Shown piece by piece: positions 57,341 through 64,000 of a stretch of 64,000 nt of DNA. Both the position numbers and the translations under genes were made by a program. The notes under the pieces are model-generated. The model was not told the DNA's origin and did not search any database. It worked only from the letters and a program-made list of their open reading frames with translations. Source of the DNA: Klebsormidium nitens (taxonomy: Eukaryota; Plantae; Klebsormidiophyceae); NCBI GenBank assembly GCA_000708835.1, contig DF237128.1, positions 1-64,000 on the forward strand, written 5' to 3'. Every line of letters starts with the position of its first letter. Within the stretch, counting starts at the first letter, position 1.

Positions 57341-58401
57341 GATCGGAGAGAAATAACTCTGTCTAGAAATAACACAAACACTTTGATAAAACTGATTCTA
57401 TAAAACACTGAAGCTGCAGGCAAGCAGTATTCCAACCTTTGTCCTCATTCCGTGTTCCATCGGGTTCAGTCGTCATAATTCCTGCATGAGCTCTTGCAAT
57501 CGGTGTCTTACTTTACCCTGTCAATACAGCCAATCACGCGTATGTATGCATTACTGGAGATCTGCTACTTATAGCGTGAAGTTTGAAAGGACGGAACCTT
57601 CTGTAAATCAACATTGCATTATCGCGATCGGATCAGATTGAATATGCATAGGCCAAGATCGACACGATCATGGTCGCGGGCGGGTATATTGATTAGAAGT
57701 GCATACATCAATATTTCCTCACATGCATACCGGCTGCAATAAGTTTGCGCATATGATCAGCAAAATTGAATGTACGCCATGCAGCATGTATCGAATTATA
57801 ACATCAAATCTGCATGGATCCCGAATTTCATCTGTCACAATCATTCTGTAGGTGGCCGCGCGTACGTGATCGCATGACATGCAATAACGATCCAATTCAC
57901 ATACGTGCTCCACCTTACCGGGGGCTCATGAGTTCATTGGATGCATGCATGCACGGGCCAGGGACATGGGCGATGTACGTGTGTGAGATCCTAGATGCTC
58001 TGGATGGCCCTCGGTTCATCGTCGATCGTTGAAAAAGACATCCATCAGCGGTCCAACAGGTGTTTGTACAACCATTGCACGTTGACTTAGATAACGCTCC
58101 ACCGAGTTGGGCCTGAGGCTGAGTCAGCAGATCGCACAATCGGCAAGATTAGCTGTGCATTTGCATACGAGACCGTAATTTAGCCTGGGTCCAATTTCAT
58201 GGCAGGCCTTGAAACAATATGTTAAAGGTTGAGACTAGATCGACCTCAGGCTAGAAGCAACCGACTCCTGAACGCTACACGAGCCTGTGGGTATCTGCGA
58301 TGTGCACCGACTTGCCAGTCAACTTACACGAGCTCATGACAAGCTTCCGGTGATCGGGCATCTTTTTGCCGTCTCTAGCACACACAAAAGCAACCGTTGT
58401 G

Positions 58402-60492
58402 TCACGAAGACTTGGATTCTTGCCTACTTGTTAGCAACTGCATCTCGTACCACTGGTCTTTGCCATGAACAACCTCACTCGGACCCAGCAAGTGGAATCC
58501 GCTTCTCTCGTAGAATCTTATCAAATCCTGCATTAGGGATACAGGTAGATTGAAGCTCGATTGAGCGCATTGACTGGAGTGAGTCTGCACATTTGCCAGC
58601 AGATTTGACGCAAAAACGGCTCTCACGTTCCTCATGTGTGGCCTCAACATAGCCGCTACTCTTTTGGTCATCAACTTGCAGCAAACACCATCTGGCTCCA
58701 GACCTGACATCAGGTTGTCTTGCAAAAGCAAATTGTCTCAAGTCGCACTGCATCTCCGCATAGATAGAAAGGAAGATGCAACCTGGGCCTATGCAAGAAA
58801 AGCGACTCAGCAGACTCCTTACCTGTTTACAGATCAGCTTGATAGAATCTACTTGTGGAAGCGCGCTTCTGACATAGTTGATGTACGTTCGCATAATTCG
58901 GGGCCCCAAACCTCTTCGTTGTTGCTCCTTTGCAACGCACAAAGAGTGCACACACAAACACCCTGCAGAAAACGGCGGATCATTTGGGAATGCTCGTTGA
59001 ACACAACTTCAATCTTCCTCTATTCCATCAGCGAAGCACTCATTTTCATCATGTACATGGCTAGCTGCCCCGTCTACTGATAGAGAAGCGACAAGGAGAA
59101 ACAGTCTTCGGATCGGGCCGGTTGGAAAGGTGTTGACGTAAGGCTGGGCATTTACTGAGCTGGGTCCAATCGTTGGATAGTCTCCAGGAGAGTTTAATCT
59201 GATTGATCAATCAACTCCCTTGACAAAACTTGCACGGGCTGTGCCTAGCGTGGACACTCAAGGCGCAGCTAAAGAGCCGTCAGATCGTGCTTCAAGAAAA
59301 GCATCAAGGGCTGAGAACAGGGTGGCGGCACCAGACTCTGACACTAAGGCCGTCCAACAGTGTCCCTGGTCGCAATCCTGCAAAGACTGTTTTCCCTTAT
59401 CCCCATTTTAAGAGCTTATCCCTGCCAGCGGCCAGTCGAACTTCTGGTTGGCGCAATCCAATGGCCATCACCGGAATTTTGCACCAATCTGGAAAACTCA
59501 GAAAATACATGGAACATAGAGGAAGGAACAGCCTTTCGGCAGGTACTTCAACCGCTAGGGCGAGTTTCAACTTTCTGTTTGTCTCACCTCCCGTAGGGTC
59601 ATGCCGGTACATGGTCTCGTGGCTGAGCTGCGACCCCTTGGTCAGAGTGCCGCAGGCGTAACCAATGACCTCGTCCCCCTTCAATGCGACCAAGAAGCAG
59701 TGTCCAGCTGCACATGGTGAGGAAAACCAAACCGGCTGAAAGGAGAACGAGAGGCTTGCATCCATACCTCTCTAACGATTTATACAACCAAGCGCTAGCG
59801 GCCCAGAGAAAACACCAAGTCAGTCAAGTGGACAAGGCAGAGGAAGTGGGTAGCAGACAGTAGCCCGCATATAAGTCCTGTAACTATCTCTGATTCAACA
59901 ATGACCACTCTGCGAAGGACAACATTGATTCTCTTGGAACCAAGCTGTCATGAGAAAGTGGTTGAGAACGCACCCTCCCGCTGGCGAAATCCAAGAGTTT
60001 CTGGAGAAGCCGCTTCATCCACAGGGAATCCAGCCTGCATAAAATGATTTTACAGGATTACTGAAGTGGACTTCTAACATCTTCAATCTACCGTTGAGGC
60101 CATTCACATCACTAAGAGACAATCGATGGGAAGCACAATCCAGACTGCTTTGCATATACGTGTGCAAGCCTTCAAACCACGCTTTTTAATCACTAAATGT
60201 ATCCAACTGCAGCATATGTACCTCAGATCTGAATGTATTGGATGTTAGCTTTGCCAGCTACTTGTCAGAGATCGTCCGAACAATCCCAAAACTTCTTCTT
60301 CTGGCGACACACCAAGTAACTGAGACATGGTGCACATCGCACGACGAATTGCTGCCCACTCTCAGCTGGCATCCATCGTTCAATTGACCGACTAACCTGT
60401 TCAATTGCAGCTACTGCCGGAAGGTCTTCTTGTGCCACCGGCCTGAAGAACAGGTCCTCAGAAGAAAATGCTGTGTATGGTTCATTAGCCAT
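58402..60492 (-). CDS. GNAT acetyltransferase of the AANAT/PAA1 (arylalkylamine/polyamine N-acetyltransferase) type
   Basis: Five phase-compatible exons: 60397-60492 MANEPYTAFSSEDLFFRPVAQEDLPAVAAIEQ; 59974-60034 AGFPVDEAASPETLGFRQRE; ~59587-59707 AGHCFLVALKGDEVIGYACGT...HETMYRHDPTG; ~58831-58966 GCLCVHSLCVAKEQQRRGLGPRIMRTY...IKLICKQ; 58402-~58527 DLIRFYERSGFHLLGPSEVVHGKDQWYEMQL...*. The FPxDEAAS, HSLCV, QRRGLG and VHG...WYEM motifs are present. Confidence 0.9.
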
Positions 60493-62925
60493 GCTGCCAA
60501 CTTCGCTCCAACTGTAAACTCAGGTGGATGGCCTCAGCGCGCCCCCACGTCACAAAGGCCGTAAAAATTTAACGCGAGCGCTGGTCGCCGCTGGAACAGG
60601 TTCAAGCAGGTTCAAGCGTCAGATCTATGCCGGGATGCGAGTCCAGAATTCTTTACCCACGACCCTGACTCTGACTCCGAGGAGTCTACTGTCTGACTGA
60701 AATTCCGCTTGTCACTAGAGGAGCCCAGCCCCTTTCCTCCTAAACCTCACAAACACCCCAAGCAGCAGCTCAGCAGAGAGCTCTGCCCTTCCGCATCCGG
60801 CCCCTGGCAATATTGCTTAGCCGGACTCTTGCCAACAGGCAACTGGCGCTTCGAAGTTCGAAGCCTTCTGACACTGTCTTCTCAAGTGGCGGCTACCGGG
60901 GGGTACCGGGGCTTTTAGCATCGTGATCAGTTGCCGGTTTTATATTTAAGGAGCAAGAAATTGGTCGTTTCTGAGCCGCTGCGCGACGGTTACGCTCGCG
61001 GCATCTGCCGGTCCTTATGGCCGCTGCCCGGTTGAAAGTGATGAGCAATAATCAGACCTTCGTCCTGGCGCCAGCTGTAGCATCCATGGAAAGGGATCAT
61101 CCTGTGAAGCGCGTTTCATGATCAGACTTTGTCCTGGCACTAGTGGCAGTCGGTGCTGGGTAAAATTCGAGCCGCCAAAGACCAGCTGCCACATCTAGGA
61201 TTCCTGGCGGTATGGTTGTCTAGCGTTCTGGCAGGGCAAAACCGGCACTGCAGGAGATCTGCTGAGAACTTGTGCATATGTACTTTTTTGAGCGCGGGGT
61301 TGCTATGTTTCAGCACTCATGGCCCATGGGCTGCAGGGGAGAGACCAATGTTACAATCGGAGCACATGCAAGGTGGGATCTTTCTATTAAAAAAGGTGCC
61401 CCTCTGAAGCTCTGAGTCTGGGTTATCGGTTCCTGAAAGCCTTTAGCGTAGAGGGCCGCAGCGCGTCAAAGCCTGGGCTGCCCTCGATGCTGCCAGCGCT
61501 GGCGCAGTCACCTCTTCTCTTGCCACAAGAACTTATCCATCCTCATGATGAAACTCCATCTTTGCACCCCCTCCGTGCTGCTTCTAGTTGTTGTCGGCTC
61601 TCGCCCGCATCTGCCAAGGTCCCAACATCTATGACGTAGCTCCTTTTCAACTCAAGTGAACCTGCGCCTCCATGGACCGCTGCCCGGCCGGGCCGCTTAC
61701 TTCAGCGCCATGCTCTTAGGAGGGCGTAGAGATCCACACAATCTGGCTGTCAATGTGAGAAACTTTGTGACAACTCCTCAACTCCTGGCGGCCTAGTCAA
61801 GAAAGGTTATCTTTTGCTGACAACATTTGTCGTGAAAACCGCAATTGGGACGCCCCCTTTCATGAAGGTGCTGCTTGTTGTTGACACTGGAACCTGTGTG
61901 CTTCACACAGGGACCAAAGTGCTAAGGACTTGTCCCGGGGGTGGCGGATGCCAGATCAGTCCCTTTGGTGCGCATTCAGACTCAACATGTGCCCTATAAT
62001 ATATGGGGGCCCCAATCAATGACCCACCGAAGTCTTGCACAGCTCTCACCAGCGCAACAAGTGCCCAGTGTGCAGCTGGCTCGTTTAGGACGACGGGGTG
62101 CCTGGGTGAGGCTTCCCCCGTCACCCCCTCCTTGTAACACGTGCCAGCTTGAAATGAGGTTTGAGATAGGCAACGCGGCAACCTGGTTTACCCAGGAAGT
62201 TGTGTCGTGGGGTCTGTCTCCTCTTGGAATTGACGCTTTTTCATCGAGACTAACGTTATAATCCAGTCCGCCTTCGAGTGAACAGCGCGCGGGATTGCTG
62301 GGCTCCGAGCCGGCCGCTGTTTCCCTGCCATTTGAGCTGAAGCAAATATGCACCGCCTCAAAAAGTGCTTTTGATCAACTTTGGAAGTTGCTTCAGGAGG
62401 AGGGGGAGTGGGACATCATCAGTTTCTATTTCACACATGCTTTTTTCAGCAAATTGCCAAAGTCCATGACTGTCACTTCATGAGAAGTCACTTCATGTGC
62501 CTTTGAGAGCTGTCCCTTTCAACTTTAGAATTTGGAAAAGCACCCGAGATCTGACCTCTCAAGGACACTCCGTCTCTTTCAATGCCAAAGGAAATGATGC
62601 GTTTTGCCACTGTTCTCAGTCACTCTGCATGCCATGTTTTGACGGGTTCGAGGAGGTAGACTTCTTTGTCGTTTGGTCTCGCCAATAATTTTTTTCCTGC
62701 CTGGTTGGACGATAAATGCTTTTCCATGTTCAATATCATCAAGCTGTGTGCATCAATGGCAGTGTCAATCTCGAGTTTCAGACCCTATTTCCCCAGGCGA
62801 AACAGCGACTGGTAGGCCTTTCGAACAGCGGGCCAAAAACGGACGTCCATGTGGGCAGTGGCCCGGTAAAAGAATCGGTGTCAGCCTTCAGGCATGCTTC
62901 CGAATGTGAGACTTAGCCGAAGGAG

Positions 62926-64000
62926 ATGGGGAGTCTGGCGTGCCTGGCAGAGCTGAACAGAAAGAATGGGAATCGCTCACAATTGAGCAAGAGAATCATG
63001 GCCGTCTTCAATGGTGTATCCCCAAACAGATTGAACTTCTGGTTCCTTCTTGTTCCCATCCTATTGCTTACAATACCGGCTGCTTTCCTTGGCTTGCAGC
63101 GGATGTCTTCAAGCAGGAACGAATGGCAGATAGGCTGCATCGTCGCACGCAAAACAGACCAGCTAAGGTCTGTAAGTTCAGGTGAGGATCCTGGCAGAAA
63201 GGACCCCTTCGAGTTGTCTTTCAAGGTTGTCAATGACTCCATTGTGACAAGAGGTATGTCTGAAGATTTGGGCCATCACATCAATACTGCTGCAGCAAGC
63301 ATACTCATAATGGTACGGCAGACATACCTTACATGTAGCTTCTTGTAATTGATCAGTACTTTATGTTGGCACGCGCTGACATTCTCTTTCATTGCAGACG
63401 TGTCGCTCGCAAACCCCCGCGGGCCTCTGCACGTGGCTGTGTGCTTTTTCGGGTTGACTCGGTCCCTTCAATACACTGTTGACAGTCTGCGCCGGCAGAT
63501 TCTTGACCCTATGGCAGAAGCAAACTTTGAGACCTCTCTCTTTCTGCACACGTATAACTTGACCAGCCAAACAAACCCACGTAGCAACGAGAAGGATGCA
63601 CCAATTTTGAGTGACTCCTGGAAGTGGTTGCACCCAACTGCGTTTCTTGTGGAGGATGCTAACGTTGTGGAAGCGAGTTTTGAGCGGCACGTCAGCCCAA
63701 TATTGCAGCACGGGGATCCATGGGGGGAGGAACACCACACGAGCCTGAGAAATCTGCTCAAGCAGCTTCATTCTTTGGAAGGGGTCACGCGCCTGTGGCA
63801 AGCTGCGACTGCAACCTTTGACGTTGTCATCTATCTACGGTTTGACGTCTGGTATTTCAACCGGTTTGAGATGGGGGAGTTGCGGGTCGCATCGGGTCGA
63901 AAAGTACTGTTTACGCCAGCCTTTCACAAATTTGGGGGCTTAAATGACCGATTCGCATTTGGCCCGCCGTCTATCATGGCCCAATATGGTTTGCGTCTTA
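62926..64000 (+). CDS. Type II membrane putative glycosyltransferase-like protein (resembles plant DUF7796-type proteins); runs off the window end
   Basis: Exon 1 62926-63253 has one hydrophobic segment (LNFWFLLVPILLLTIPAAFLGL), then gtatgt...ttgcag. Exon 2 from 63398 is open to the window end: DVSLANPRGPLHVAVCFFGLTRSLQYT...SLFLHTYN...GDPW...NLLKQLHSL...FDVVIYLRFDVWY...TPAFHKFGGLNDRFAFGPPSIMAQYGLRL. Confidence 0.75.

Overview
Eukaryotic, intron-dense, GC-rich nuclear DNA. Short exons, GT/GC-AG introns and plant-like orthologues point to a green-lineage organism, probably a charophyte-type alga such as Klebsormidium (inference). Most long entries in the six-frame ORF track are antisense or intron read-through artefacts, so I rebuilt genes by splicing exons by hand. 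About 14 protein-coding genes are supported: a FAM192A/NIP30-like fragment, THUMPD1, ZSWIM7/SWS1, a cyanobacterial-type F420-0:gamma-glutamyl-ligase (CofE)-like two-domain protein, SNRNP27, an unknown protein with a possible Tubby-C/LURP-like fold, a fungal-like DJ-1/PfpI (Hsp31-type) protein, an unknown coiled-coil protein, UBP12/13 (USP7), FAM32A, OST4, a plastid-type MutS2, a NIPA Mg2+ transporter, and an AANAT/PAA1-like GNAT. A type II membrane putative glycosyltransferase is truncated at the window end. There is also a ~265-bp MITE-like element with 21-bp perfect TIRs, small tandem duplications and AT-richer relic-like intergenic blocks. The most interesting item is the fully intronised CofE-like gene (~8.6-13.1 kb), since F420 is not an established cofactor in green plants or algae. 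No rRNA, tRNA or CRISPR array was recognised. All family assignments come from recalled motifs, not database searches.
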